Assembly: GCA_965153455.1 (NCBI GenBank)
Contig: OZ234494.1
Coordinates: 12,958,001 to 13,022,000, forward strand
Length of the DNA: 64,000 bases
Direction: 5' to 3'
From: Sphagnum compactum
Lineage: Eukaryota
Of this stretch, positions 22,600 through 36,489 are shown in pieces (position 1 is the first letter of the stretch; each line of letters opens with the position of its first letter). The position numbers and the translations under genes are program-made. The notes below the pieces were generated by a model that was not told where the DNA came from, made no database searches, and saw only the letters and a list, made by a program, of their open reading frames with translations.

Positions 22600-24830
22600 C
22601 GGTTAGGATAACTCCTTTCCTTGGCTTGAGTTGCATCAGAAGCATCAAATCCTTGAGTTGCATAAGATTGGGGAAGTAAATCCGCTCATGTTGGGTTGAG
22701 AATGACAACATCGGTTAAAGTGCGAATGCCAATTTCGGTAAGCACAATGTTGACTCGTCAATGGGAGGAGTTGAATGTGGTTGAAAGAAGTGCATGTAAT
22801 TGTTTTTGTCCCAAATGGAAATTAACATCTCATGCAATGGTGGCAAAGGTGTCGCAAATTGCATCATGGGTTCTAGTGTGTTCGTTGCCATGAACGCAAC
22901 ATAAGAGGTGGATACCCATAGGCTCGATGGGATGTGTGCACACACATCAAAGGATGCCTACAATTGAAGGATGGGGTAGTCCAAGTCATGTACAAAGTGT
23001 TGTGCAAAAAATTGGGAAAGATAATTGAAAGGCTGGGAAGACTAGTCGAGCTGTAAGCCAAGTGCCTACCCTTAGGCCAAAATATGATAAAATTTGAGCA
23101 TGATGGGCCTCAGATGTCCCATCAGACAACATGCTGGAAAAGGTATGATGGTGTAGACGTTCCGAGATGGAATCTTGAAGTTCAACCATTTGTTGCTTGA
23201 TAAGTTATTCAAGTGGAGGAAGATGCGCACAAGCTAAGGGTGGTAAAAGATCACATGCCGCCTTGAAATGTTGCTGGAAAAGAAATGTGTTGTCGACTCA
23301 TGTTAATGCTTCCAAAAGGAAAGGACATTGACCAACCATAAACCTAATAACTCTGACTGAAGTAATAAGGGCCTAACTCCTTAAATAGGTTATTGGGGGC
23401 GATGGTGGATGTCGATATGAGCTCGACGCCACTAAGGGTTATTGGAGGGAAATTTTTTTATGAGCTATAAATTTTTTTAGGCTATCAAAGGATTTTGGAC
23501 CCAAAAGGCGTCCAAATGGACGCACCCCCAAGCTCTTTGGTAGACTCAACTGCGAGTCCATATGTGGAAACAGTGGAAGGATAAGGAGTTGAGGTGCGCT
23601 CCCTGGCTCATAGCACTTTGAAGGTAGAAGGGCGTGTTGGAATTCTGGGATGAGGACTAGGACGAGTGACAAGCGAGTCAATTATTCACATGGACATGCA
23701 CAAATCAAAAAACAAGTCGATTAGTGCATAGTTGGAACACTTTTAGTGCATAGTTGGAGCACTTTTAGTGCACGAACAAGCCATAGGCAAACACGGACTC
23801 ACAAGACTCATCACGGCCCAAACTTGGGGGACGCCACCACCTTCCCCCTTATAGTATTCTCTATGCTTGGCCATGGGGCCAGCACCCAAATGTCATTTTG
23901 TCCCGGGACTCCCAAGTTGGAATGCCGAAATTCTTGAAATTCCCGAAATTGGGACTCCTGCAACTTTGAAGGCCCATAACTTTTTGTGTTGAGCTCTGAT
24001 TGAGATGAGGTCTAAAGCAAAGTTATAGCCCTCATCGAGAGCTTTCCAACGATATGTGGCATACCACTTGTAGGGTCATTCTAGACTTTTAGTGGTCGGG
24101 AGTCAAATTGGCAATTTGACTCCTGGCCCTTCTTTTGGCCATAACTTGTGTTTCAAGCACTCGAATGGATCATGCAAGCCCATTTTAGATATTTACGTTT
24201 CAAAAGATTCTCAATGGTATAAAGAACTCTTGAATCCAGTGAGTTTTGACCCTTACAATTGCTCTTTGAAGATTCGGGACTCCATCGAGACTCCAACTCC
24301 CAAAGTGGGAACTCACTTGGGAGTGTGGAGGTTCATTCCCTCACATTCTCCTACACTCCCAGGAACATGAAATGTGATTCCGGGGCTTCACTCTTAGCCC
24401 GCACCCTTGCAAGCCCTTGCCTTGGTCGCGAGCCCAAGGCTAAGGTTGTGACATAAACACTTTATGGAGGGAGAAATCAAAGGAAACAAAAGACTTTATG
24501 AAGGTGGAAATCATGAAAGATACAATGGGGGTTGCACAAAAAAAGGAGTTAGAATTTCAAAAGCCACCTGAACATCACCCATTCTAAAGAGAAGGTCCAT
24601 ATGTCGAACATCCTTTTGCAAGGCATCTTTGATGAAGGATGATGTGAAAGTTAAAGTGCCCAATGGAACCCCCAAGATTTTAATTCCTTTGGATGGGGTG
24701 GTAAATTGGGATGGGGTGTTGAAGTTTGGTGGCAAGCCAAAGCGTGACCATGCAAGGCATTTCTAAGGTTGGATAAAAATACCTATCACATGAAGTTCGA
24801 TTTGAAAATGTTCATATGGAGATGATGTTT
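22600..24830 (-). mobile_element. Decayed non-LTR retrotransposon with REL-type endonuclease (CRE/SLACS-like)
   Basis: RT C-terminus GIKILGVPLGT..F...MGDVQVAFEIL (24511-24735); AQILS..VGTWLTARLVFPAFQLS..F (22986-23189); CCHC knuckle CVCTHPIEPMGIHLLCC followed by THDAI...RVNIV...LTDVVI (~22690-22950). Many stops and frameshifts. Confidence 0.7.
23518..24453 (-). mobile_element. Solo-LTR-like insertion splitting the CRE-like element
   Basis: On the minus strand it begins TGTCACAACC and ends ...GGGGTGCGTCC(A). It interrupts the host frame (SLHKVF|GRLLGP). Flanks caaat/taaac are compatible with a decayed 5-bp TSD. Related pieces at 59122-59300 and 60651-61375. Confidence 0.65.
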
Positions 24831-25769
24831 ATTATGTTTATTATGCTTTTAGAAATATAACCTTATGAAATATGACCCTATTATGTTTATTATGTTTATT
24901 ATGCTTATTATGCATACGAATGTTTATTATGCTTTTAGATCTAATTGCCCCACATTTGATCTGAATCTAGCCCCAGTTAAAGCGGGCTTCTACCTGAAAC
25001 ACTTCAGATTTTGTGTTATAATGGGTGAATTTTGACTGTTATATGCCTTCACCTTCCCCATGAATAACTCCACATTTCCCTTAAAAGAGTCAAATTGGGC
25101 GTGTTTAGTGTCTCCCTTCATGATTCATAGGAGGTTCCCCCTCATTTTTCAAACTAGAGGACTGAATTCAAGTGGAGTTGAAAGACCCCACCCAAATAAA
25201 AAGAAACAATTTCAAGCAAAGCTATTAATTACCTTATTTACAAAAGGTCAAACTTAGTCATGTCTTATAAAGAGGTTGTTAAATTGTAGCAACATGTTTC
25301 ACTCAAATTTGGATTAAGAAGGGTTGTTCTATCTGAAAGCTATACCCACTTAAAAAGTGCATCAACGTTGTTATATTTTAGACAAATCTATACTTGCCTT
25401 CGAAGTGCATCAAAATCTTTCTTTAATCTATTATAGGTTCTTTGTTGGTTCTTTGATGGGGATCCATATGCATGTAATTGATGGAGATCAAATTGTGAAA
25501 CACCCACCCATGATCCTAACTTGGAAAATATAATTTTCATGGTGCTCACCTTTGGCTTAGAATTGGCAATAATTTTTTAAGTCAAAGAATCGGGAAAGAA
25601 TTGGTGGTTGTGTCATGAAAACCGACACTTCTCTAAGGGTTTTGAAATACTTAGAACCAATAGTTCTTTGATTTTGGTTTTTTCAAATGCCCAGAACCAA
25701 TGGTTTTTTGAAGATTCAAAGAACCACCCATCACTGTTGTAGAGCTGAAGTTCAGTGGAGTTTTTTTAT

Positions 25770-26115
25770 CCAAGATGGATTATGTCATTATTGTTTTGAA
25801 AAATAATCATTATAAAGAGGACAAATATAAAAAACCTTTTCACAAATTGTCATGATACAAAGTACGCAAAAAGGTTAAACAAAAGGGGTGGTTTAAAATT
25901 GTTGATATGGAAATTGTCATTTTAAAGTGTAAACAAGTTTTTCTACAAATCAAAAGCATGGGAAATGCTTGCATCATAACCATGCAGAGGCCTATAGGTG
26001 GTGACGTTATGGCCCAATGCATCCAATCTTGCACACTTCTAATTATTTGGTATCAATTCCATAAACCCTTTTCTGTTCCATCATGTAACATGACTTTAGT
26101 ATAATGACTAGAAGC
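25770..26115 (+). repeat. Distal piece of a third, diverged copy of the palindrome unit
   Basis: Aligns by eye with 17130-17530 (ttttcacaaa..tca.gatacaaagta; ggggtggt.taa.att; atgggaaatgcttgc). Confidence 0.7.
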
Positions 26116-28419
26116 ATATCCACCAGCTCCCCTCACTTGGGCTAATTCAATGTTTATCACATCCAATGTATAATGTTAGTTGTTATCCGAACCTCACCCA
26201 GAAACACAAAAAATTGGGCAATATAAGGTGAATCTCACACCCAAATTTGCCTTGACATCTTCGCATCTTCGTCTTTATCCCACTCCTCACTAAACACCTA
26301 AACTACCTACACATGACAAGCCATGCACTTGGTGAATTTTAACATTTAAATTTCTTTTCACCACCTAAGGCTAACCCCAACCTCTAGACAAGTGGGACCC
26401 GACCCATTGTGGATTTCCCAAGTGGTTCAAAGCCTCATCACTCGGGATTACCATCTTTCGTCTGATAGCCTAACCATAGACTTGAGTTTAGTTCAAGGAC
26501 TTAGCACATCGATGACATAATATCCTTGTCCGCCCCTCTCTTTGAACCTTCATTCGCCAATACCTATGCGGTTTGTAAGTGTTGTCAAACTGGGAATCGA
26601 ACCTAGCCCAACATTTAGACTCGCAATTTAGTTCGCCACAAGGCCTGCCCTATAGTGGTTTGAACTTGGGTCTTGACTAAGTGAATTTTTTCACTTGAGG
26701 GTTTGCCTAGAAAGGCGTGTCAATGAAAGAATATTAAGAACCCACCACTTGGACCGATCATTATGGCTAACCAGTTAGACTAAATCATTTCTTTTACTAG
26801 GCATTGTGGAGGTCATTATATATTTCGTAGACAAACATGCCCATTTTCACATTATTTGCAAATTATAAGTCAAATAATGTAAAGGCTATTTTATTATAGG
26901 TAGACTTGCTTTTAGAGAAGTTTCACCCATGTATTGCATAGTAGGTTTTGGATTTATTATAATAAATATTATGTTGGTTTGGGAATAATAAAATGGCTTT
27001 GGGTTGGCAATTATGCATAGTAGTCATTTTTTTGGGTGAAAAATCACCTAAATGTGACATGTGTTAGGGAGTTGCAAAAGGCTCATTGTAAAACCAACCT
27101 TAAAATTTGCCCTAAATCACTTAATTAACATGGTGACAAGTGGTGACATTGCCATGGTCTTGCAAACCCTAAACCACCTCTTGCCAAGATTGCAACCATC
27201 CGCCAAGAGGTTTTCATCATCATGCACTGCAAGTTCAAAGCCCATTCGCCAACACTTGCTTTAGACATAGATTTAGAATTCGTTAACTTCTTGTGACATT
27301 GATACAATTAGAATTCACCATCACTTTTGAATGCATTGGGATTATACAAGATGCATTATACATTGCATTATGTTGCAATTTGCACAATGAGGATAGGTAA
27401 GTTTTAATATTGCTATGTTCATTTAGGTTTTTTTTTTTTGTTTTGGCAATCTTATGGATTCTTAAAACTTATGGTTGGAACTTGGTTTGGATTTAGGGCT
27501 ATTTGAAGTGATTTTGTGTATGAAATGTGAATGGTCGTGAATAATGAAAGTCCCCAAGAGTTCCAAGAAACAACTGAACTTTACAATTCAAAAAAAATCT
27601 TCAAGAATGCATGGGCTATACTTGTTATTGTGCAATTCCAAATTGTCATTCTAGAGTCCAAGTTTCATCATTCCCAAATTCATTCTAATCATTTTTCATT
27701 CAAGTATGAATTTTCTAATGTGAAACATTTGCTTTCAAGGTTGTTGCATTAATTAGTTGAGTATCACGAATCAAGCACCAAGGCTAAAGTTCATGAGACG
27801 CCAAGGTTTGATGCACACTGCGTGATTATAATCTCCAAAATTAGATTCTAAACTTAAAATCCACTAAATTCCAAGCACCAAAACCCAAGGTTGTTCATCT
27901 ATAGGGGGACCAAGGTCTTTGTTGCACTAATCCACATTACACAATGCATGTTTTGGCATCCCATCGACCATCTTTTGATTCGTGAATTGTTGTTCAATTC
28001 TTATCATTTTATTTGCTAAATTTTTGTGCATTAGCATTTAAGGTTTTGATGATTTCCAAGCAGATTTCTTAAATTTGATTCTTGCATGTTTTCCAAGTTT
28101 TTTCTATCCTTCCCAAATCCTAATTGTTTCTTGTGTGAATGTTTCATTTGTCTAAGGTTTTGATTTTGATCTTCAAACTTTTTGAACCTTGGAATAAAGG
28201 TTCAAGTTTCTTGCTCAAATATTTCATGATCTGTCATCTAGGGCATCATGGCCTTTGTAAATTTCCAAAAACTTCAAATATAAACATTTGTACCCTCTAT
28301 CCTTGCCCCCTCAAAATAAGGCTAAGCCATCTTCTTGTTCACCAAAGTCACGACTACCATTTGATGATAACCCCATCTTGTTTGGTTTAACTCTTGAAGA
28401 TCTATGCAAGGAGAATTCC

Positions 28420-28830
28420 AATAAGAGAAAGATTTATGAAGGTTCTTGAAAGTTTTAGGATGCATGGATTGCTCACTTTCTATGGGTAGAGTTTCTTGGT
28501 AATGATAAGGGGGAAGTGCATTAGGTTAGATGCACGATTTACATTTTTGTTGAAAAAAAAGAGAAGTTACTAGCCCCAAGTTAAATAGCCTTTTCAAACA
28601 CGTTGGTCATCACAAATGCAAAGTTCTATGCTTGGTGTTGATGTGGGTTTTTATTATGTGAACAAAAATTCAATGCATCCCAAGAATAAATGACAATTTA
28701 TTGTTGGCAACCAACCTTTTGTCTTGGACCTTTTTTAATTTGTGATGTTACCTCTAATCCAAAAAAAAATACTTATACTTTGTTACTGTATTTCACATCC
28801 TTGTTCATAGTCATCCTATGATTGATTTGA
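28420..28830 (+). mobile_element. Decayed hAT-type transposase N-terminus (TTF-like zinc finger region)
   Basis: KF*DAWIAHFLWVEFLGNDKGEVH*VRCTIYIFVEKKEKLLAPK..SLFKHVGHHKCK with stops and frameshifts. Confidence 0.55.
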
Positions 28831-29699
28831 AGGCTTATTTTGATAATTAATTATTTGAATTAACTAACTAATTAATTATTAGATATTTAATTCAGAAAAT
28901 TAAATTCAAATAATTATGTTAGATGATTAGATATAAAATTCAAATTAATTATTCTGATAACGAATTACTTTAATTTTAAAATATAATTAAAATTATTTTT
29001 TCAAATAATTAATTATTTGATAATTAATTCACATATATAGATTATCAAATAATTATCTCTTTAGTTGTATAAAAAATTAAAATCAAACACAAAACATGTG
29101 GGAAAAATGTTTTTGTAGTTGCAATTTAATTCGCAACGTCTAAGGTGCAATTAAAAGATTAAACCCATATGTTTTGTTTTCAAGGTTTCATCTCACAAAT
29201 TATATAAGGAGGTGTCTTTTTTTATATTCTCACATTACAAAACATGTGGCATTTTGGGATGAGCTCATAAAAAATAACCTTAAAAGCAAAACACAAAACA
29301 AAACAAAAAATTTATGTGACTACTCTTTGGTTCACCTATGTTTTTACCTTCCTACTTATTTGCCTACTTAAGTAAGTAAGTAAGTAGGTCCTACTTTTTT
29401 ACCTACTTAAGTAGGTAGGTAAGTAGGTACATTGGTATGTAGGACCTTCTAATTTACCTACCTATGGTTATGTATTAACTTACTTAGGTACTTAAATAAA
29501 TAAAAAAATAAATTTAAAGTTATTTGTTCAAAATTCAATTAATATACCACATGGCAATTTTTGGTTATGTCATGTGCCATCATATAAAACCATCTAAAAT
29601 GAGCAATCATAATGGATGGTGGATATCAATATTTCAAAAATAAATTGAACTCTGTTGTAGAAAGAATTATTCTCAACTAGTCCTTTGTAAGGATTCTTT

Positions 29700-31657
29700 C
29701 ATTCCTTACGAAGATTAGATATCTAACTAGAGTTATAAGCATAGATCTTGTTGAGTGTGTAATCATCATAGGAACTCCTTGTAGGTGCCCCATCAGTAAT
29801 TGTTGTAAAAGTGCGGTACTGGCCTTCCATGAATTTGTATGCCATTGTTGTTTAATGTTGTGGAATTTGGTAATACTCTATTCCTTGCTCTAAGCATGGA
29901 CTTTGTACTTCTGAAAGTTGCAAGTCTTATGTGGTTTAGAGCAAGATGGTTAGTAGTTATCTTTAGTGACATGGTCTGGTGAGTCGAAGTCTTTTACTTT
30001 TTGAAAGGGTCTTTTGTATTTCACCTTGATTAGTGGTGTTGCATATTTTTTGTAGTTTTGTGTTGTTGTTACCACGTCCTATGGATTGGTTAACAAATTG
30101 TGATCATCTCTTGGATTTTGATGATTTTGTGCTTGAATATGGAAATGATTGATCATTGCATCTTGTACATCTCGTTCAATAAATGGACAATCTGTGAGTG
30201 GATGATCTTCTTGTTTGTAGAAACTACAACGATTGATAGTGAGTATGTAGTGTTGATCTATGCTTTGACCAAATTTACTCCAAACTTGTTCTTTGAGTAA
30301 TAATTGATGTTGATGGCCAGGTCTAATCTTGGACTCACTTGTCTGTAATACATTCACCTGATCCACTTGCTGTACTTCAGTACTAGTTGTCATTATTGGT
30401 GGAGTGTTGTGTTCAACTCTGTGTTTTCCTTCATTTTTTGATACACTTCTTTAGTTGTAAAAGCATGTTCTTCTAGATCTTCAATCTATAATATAGTTTC
30501 GACATACTCTGGTAATACTTGTTCAACTTCATCGTTGTCCAGGTCTTCATCCCATTCTTCATGGTTTTGTCGGTACTGAGGTGAAATAGATTACCAAGCA
30601 AAACCTTTGTCTATGGATCTTGTCTCCATACCTCCCTATGCTTCTTGATACATATGTGATATTTTCTCAGATCTATACAAAGTGCCATGTCTTTGGGTTG
30701 ATAGACTCATCTCTGTTCTTTCTTGTTCCCTTCATTGTAAATTTGCAGGGGTAACCCTAGGTGCATTGTCTCCCCATCCTTCTTGTTCAATTTTCAAAGA
30801 ATATGCCTTCATTAACAGCCTTGCTTGGACATTAGATTGCTTCATTGCTCTACTAGTGAATGCTTCTTGAGGTTCCATAACTGTTGCAAATAACGTCCTA
30901 CATTATGCAAGCCGCTCTTTGTCTTGGGTATTTTTGGCATGATATTATATACTCTTTATGGAATATGAAACTACGTTGCATCATTTGCAAATGCTAGTTC
31001 TCCTTCCACCACATTTTTGTCTTCATTTTGCTGCATGGCTACCTGGTCTAATTATCTTTGTAAACTTCGGGTTACTACTCAATTTATGTTTGTTACCATC
31101 CTATTACTCTTCCTTGGAATTTCTTTTTGCCATAGATTTAAATCCTTACAACAGTTGCTTGTTCAGATTCATTTCGTCACAAAAAAATTTCTCCAATTTT
31201 AAGTCTATAATTTTAGGGAAAAAACAAAATTCTTTGTACTAACTTTCTATACCTACTACCACATAATAAAACCAAAGCAATACATACAACTTCAAAATTC
31301 TAACCCCAAATTCATCTTGGGGATGGTCGCTAAATGGTAAATCTTAATATTCTATAATTGTTTTAATTGTAGTTTTTTTATTCTTGTACATATTCAGTTT
31401 TAGTTATACAAAGTCTGTACTAGAAATCCAAAGTAATTCTAAGATATTCTCCACAACAATATGTTTTCATAACCTAAATATCGACACGATTATGAATTTA
31501 TCATAATGCTGCCACAGTTTACTATTCATATTGCTATGAAGATTAAAAAACAAAATAGATATTGTGAAAAACTAACTAAAAACAAAAGATCCAAGTTCAT
31601 CGTTTTTCAAGTATGTATAATTCTAAAAATTGTTCTAGTATCTCACATTCCTCCCCT
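29700..31657 (-). mobile_element. Decayed LTR retrotransposon: polypurine tract, putative LTR (31647-31335), PBS-like site and gag remnant
   Basis: Minus strand: aggggaggaa|TG...ttacCA|tttagcgaccatcc. Downstream is the zinc-knuckle remnant RCSFYKQEDHPLTDCP (C-x2-[C>Y]-x4-H-x4-C) in ORF 30079-30393. Confidence 0.45.
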
Positions 31658-34600
31658 AGAAAACTTTTTAGGACATACCTCTCTTAAAAAAATAATCCAA
31701 AGCTTCATTCATTCTCAACTTTCCCGCCTAAAGCACCATTTGAACTCCATTTCAACAGTCCTATTCTCACCTACCTTGTATGTATTGAACCTGCCTTGTC
31801 CAACTTGTCTCAGATAGACATCACAGTACCTACTCCCTTCGCTTATTTGGCTTGTTTCTAAAATATTGTCTTGCCTTTAACAACACACATCATGTTTTTG
31901 CTTTTGATTTTCTTGTTCCATGACCTAGATTTAAAATTAGGCTTGCCTTTGTTCATGCGGTTTGGAAATCTTGTTGTTTAATTCTTTTCATGCCCGTGAC
32001 AATTTTAAATTATTCTACCATAGGTTATTCCACCTTAAATTATTATATGCAATTTTTTATATGTTATTTTGCCTTAGGTTTTTATATTATATTTCAAGTT
32101 ATTTAAAGTTATTCTGCTTTAAAATAAAACAACTTATAATAACATAAAATAAAATGACCTTGAATAAACTAAGGTATAACTTGAAATAACATATATTAAC
32201 TTAAAGTAAAAGAACCTAAGGAATAACGTAGGGTTAGTTAAATAATTTAACTTAAAATAATTTACAATATAAAACTTATAATAATTTAGGGTATAACCAA
32301 AGGTATAATAACTTATAATAATCTATAATAACTTATGATAACTTAGGGTATAAATTAGAATAACTAGGATAGTTTAGAATAACATAAGGTATAGCCTAAA
32401 GAAGCATAGGGTATTTGAAATAACAACATAAAAATCAACTTATTTATCATAGCAAATTATAATAGTGAATTATGTCAACTAATAGTGAAACATGATGTTT
32501 ACATATAATGATCTTATAATGAAATATTAACTTTAACCAAGGTGAAATCACTAATGTGCATTGAATCTATTTCATTTTAAAATTCCTGTAGTGATTTAGG
32601 CTAGTGAATTACACCCCACTTTCGTACTAATGAATCCTTTTCAAGTTGTTTAAGCTTGGGTGGAAGAAGGACAAGTGACTAGGTATTGACAAATTTATGC
32701 AAGTAACAAAATTTCTCCAAGTATTTAGGCCAAATTCCAAAATTCAGATGCTTCAAAGGTAAATTAGAACATGTGCTTTCCCTTGGATTATATTTTTGTT
32801 TGATTATAAGACGTTCAATTTTTTAACTTGATCATCATCTTAAAATTGATAAGTGTTGTCTTAAGTTGCCATGTGGTTTGTCCATTAACATTTAAATTTG
32901 GCCTTTACTATTCATTTGCTACACTTCTTATCTTTGTGGAAACATGATGCTTATATTTATGTACCTATTACATTGGAATAAATTGTGGCCACAAGTTATG
33001 TGGAGAAGTGGTATTTAATTCCATGTGGATGTATACAAGTGCAAGCATATGGAATTAAATTTGCAATGGTTCTTGCTAATGGATGGTTTTTTTACATTGA
33101 GGAGTTTGATAAGATGCAACTAGAAGATAGGTTGGAAATATAATTAGAAGTTCTTCATTACATGTTGGCACAAACTATTTCTTGTCAGTAATTTTCAAAC
33201 TTTCTAATGTAGGGGTCTATTAGAGAAAAGGATGTATAGTGTGATTTGAAGTAGATTGTTCATATTCACTTCTAAAGAACGTTTCATTAATGAGAAGGTT
33301 TTGGTGGAACTTGGTGTAGATTGGCTATTTGGTGAAGTAATGGAACACTAGACAATTTCAATTGCTTTAGAGCAATATGCTTCAATTTTAAGGTGTGATC
33401 CCAATTCCCTAGGGCCTACCCCCTTATTCACTTTAAGCTTTGAAGTCATTTTGTAAAAACCTCTTTTGTTGTGCTTTTATGCAGTTCTTCAAATTTGGTG
33501 GCTATCATTCAATCAACTTTCCCACCTATGCATTTCATATATACAAAATTACGCTTGCTCTACATGCTTGCTCCATAAATTGAAACTCCCATAAGATCCC
33601 ATAACTTATAAGGGTAAAAAGCTCAAGGCAATATTTTTTCAATTATACTTTTGTTTAGAGCACATAAAAATGGTGAATTGAACCTTTTAGAGGAGTTTTC
33701 TAGCTGACAATTATGAAATGAACATGTTTAGCAAAGTTTGTTGGGCCAATGAACATATGTAGGACTTGATGTACCTCTATTTTGGGGAGTTGTAACTTGT
33801 ATATAGTGCTAATCTACTGCTAATCTTGAAAAGAACATGAACTATACTATCACCATTCATGCTATTGATTCTAGTATTATCATTGTATTCTTGTCATTTA
33901 AAAATGATAAATTTTTTCATATGGGTATTTACTATTGAGTCTTGACTTGTAAAAACACAACCCTCTTTAAGGTTCATCTTTCATTAGTTTGCTGGTTAGC
34001 TTTTCCAAAGACTTTCATGTTGCAAAACTTTGTTTGGTTTGCAATGTGTAGATTCTCAAAGCTAGATGGGTTGATACTTGAAAGATGAAACTATAGGTTT
34101 GTCATAAACTGGTAAAAGGTGTTGGAACTTGGGTTTTGGGTCTGGGTCCAGGCATGCACAATGCAATGTGCAAAGTACAAATTCCACATAATGACTTAAC
34201 AACATTTTGACTTAACATGTGACTAAAACATTCAATCTTAACTTACACATTTATTTTATTTTGTAATTTTGTCTATGAGAATAATATTACATCTGAACTT
34301 CATACAAAATATCGATGGACATTAGCTTCTTGTTCTACGTAGCCAGATACAGCCCCTTGGCAACACACATGTCACCAGTGTTTTCGATCACATCTTTTCT
34401 TTTTATAGCCACTCTGTAAACATTTGAAAGAGATAACTCACCATTGTAAGCACTCTTCAATTTTAAAAATTCGCGAACTCAACTCCACCTCTCCAAAAAC
34501 AATTAGCCAATTATTCTAAAAAGGGTCTCGCCTGTGTAGCCAGCATAGCGACTAGGTGGTCTTGAAAACAAAATGGCTGGGTGCATAGGATGCCATGGTT

Positions 34601-35795
34601 GAGAAAAGGCATTAAACACACTCTAACACTTGATATTGATGGGTCAAATTGATTGATTGTTCTAGGTCGTTGATTGATTCATATGATTGAATGGTTTGAG
34701 TGATTGATTGGTGCATGTAATTGATTGGTCCAAGTGATTGTTCGTTATACAATCTCCATCTCATGTCTACCAGTGGGGCATGGAGACAATGAGCCAACCA
34801 TCTTGGATGTGAGGTTAACTGGTGGAGGCCCCAATGTTGGGTATGGTGGAGCTGCTCTTAAGACAACATATATCATGTGGTACAGGGCTTATGTAAAGGT
34901 CCACCACCTTTGATGTGACCTTTTGAACACGATAAAATGTGTGGTGCAAGAGTCATGATTGGTAGATTACATGTATCTCGCCTACTTTATAGATAGAGAG
35001 GTTGTAAGGCCATGTGCTTATGTTTTGTAAGGCCATGACATAACAGGGTGAATGTGCTGGGAAAATGGGGTGAAGGACTAGACATATTCATGTTGGTTAC
35101 CGATTTTGAGTCATGTTAGTAGAGCTTGTTTTGTCCTGACAACTGTTTTCTGGGGGGGCCAAAGTGGTGGTATGCAACTTTGATAACATATTTTAATAGT
35201 TTTCTTGTGTTTCAAGATTCGTATGACATAACCATGCTAAGACCGAATGAGATACCAGACATCATGAGATACTAGGGGGGTGGCTCTGGTTTGTCAAGTG
35301 AGTGACCCTTAGTGTTTTGCACAGTGATAAAAGCTATCTGCACAAGTGAGAGTGATAGTGTTGCTACACTTCATTGACATAGGCACAATTGATCACCCTG
35401 CAATCAGGCTACGACATATGTGCGATGAGTTTAGAAAATATAGGTTAATTTGGCTCCTATTTTGTGAATTTCATATGGCACACTTGAGATGGTCAGTGGC
35501 CACAAATCTAGCTCTACATCATATGAAATAAAACCTCCTTGAAAGGAAAAAGAAACCAGCCAGCAGGGTACTGTATGTATTCAGCCATGGATCTAGGCCA
35601 GATTAACCTTCTTGCTTATCCACTCCCTGTTGATGTTGGGGAAAGGGCTCTAGATACCAACACTTTTTGTTCATCCCGGCAGATAAAAAAACCTAGCAGC
35701 CAGTCTCCCCACTAAACCAAAAAGTTTAAGGTTGAAATTTTACAGTCCATAACTGAGCAAATCTCCACTCATACCCCCTATTGGAACTCTACCAG

Positions 35796-36366
35796 TCTAC
35801 CTATGAAGGAAGGTAGTTTGTTTTGTTTTGTTTTGTAGTTATGAGATCCACCGAACCGGGATGCTTCAGATCGTGTTCTCAGTGTCTTTGGAAAGCTCTC
35901 AATGAGGAGGGGTGCATGGGCTTGGTTCCATCATGACGTTTGGACTTGCAGTGCAAAAGTTCTTGAATATTGAATGATTTCTTCTCTGAGAATAAAATTA
36001 AATCATAGCTGAAAATGTTGGAGGAATTGGAATGTGCCTTTGGTGTTGTTGGATAGATTTTGATGAGCAGGACTTAATGGAATTTATTTGGTAAGATTTG
36101 GATTCAGAATGTGGGAGATATTGATTTTTAAGTGGTTTCTGCCACTGAAAATTTAAATAAATTTTTAAAAATCAGGTTTTGGAAGGAAAAATCAGTTGAG
36201 AACGTGGTAACACTTGAAGGCTTACCATTCAATTCAAGCATGATTTCCTTTCATATTTGGCTGTCCAGAAAATCAATACATACAGTGCAATACAATGTTC
36301 ACATACTGAGTTTCCCTATTTTTAAAAATGCGTTCACACTTGGGACAACTGCACAGGCCACACTAG
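35796..36366 (+). mobile_element. Non-autonomous Helitron-like insertion, 571 bp
   Basis: Starts TCTACCTAT and ends CACACTAG|T. Absent from the paralogous site ctctactaa|tgtttacc (~18448-18465). The 5' flank is G rather than A and the 3' hairpin is degenerate. Confidence 0.75.
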
Positions 36367-36489
36367 TGTTTACTATATCTAAGTTAGAGTGTTAACTATT
36401 TCCTCATCTCCACCCAAAAAGGCGAGCATAGACATATTTTACTTGTCCACGTAACCACTGAAAGACATGCGTAGAGTGACCCTCTACAA

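Noticed and set aside
26585-26675. tRNA/SINE B-box-like motifs (ggttcgattccc on the minus strand)
   Set aside because: No A box or cloverleaf could be built.
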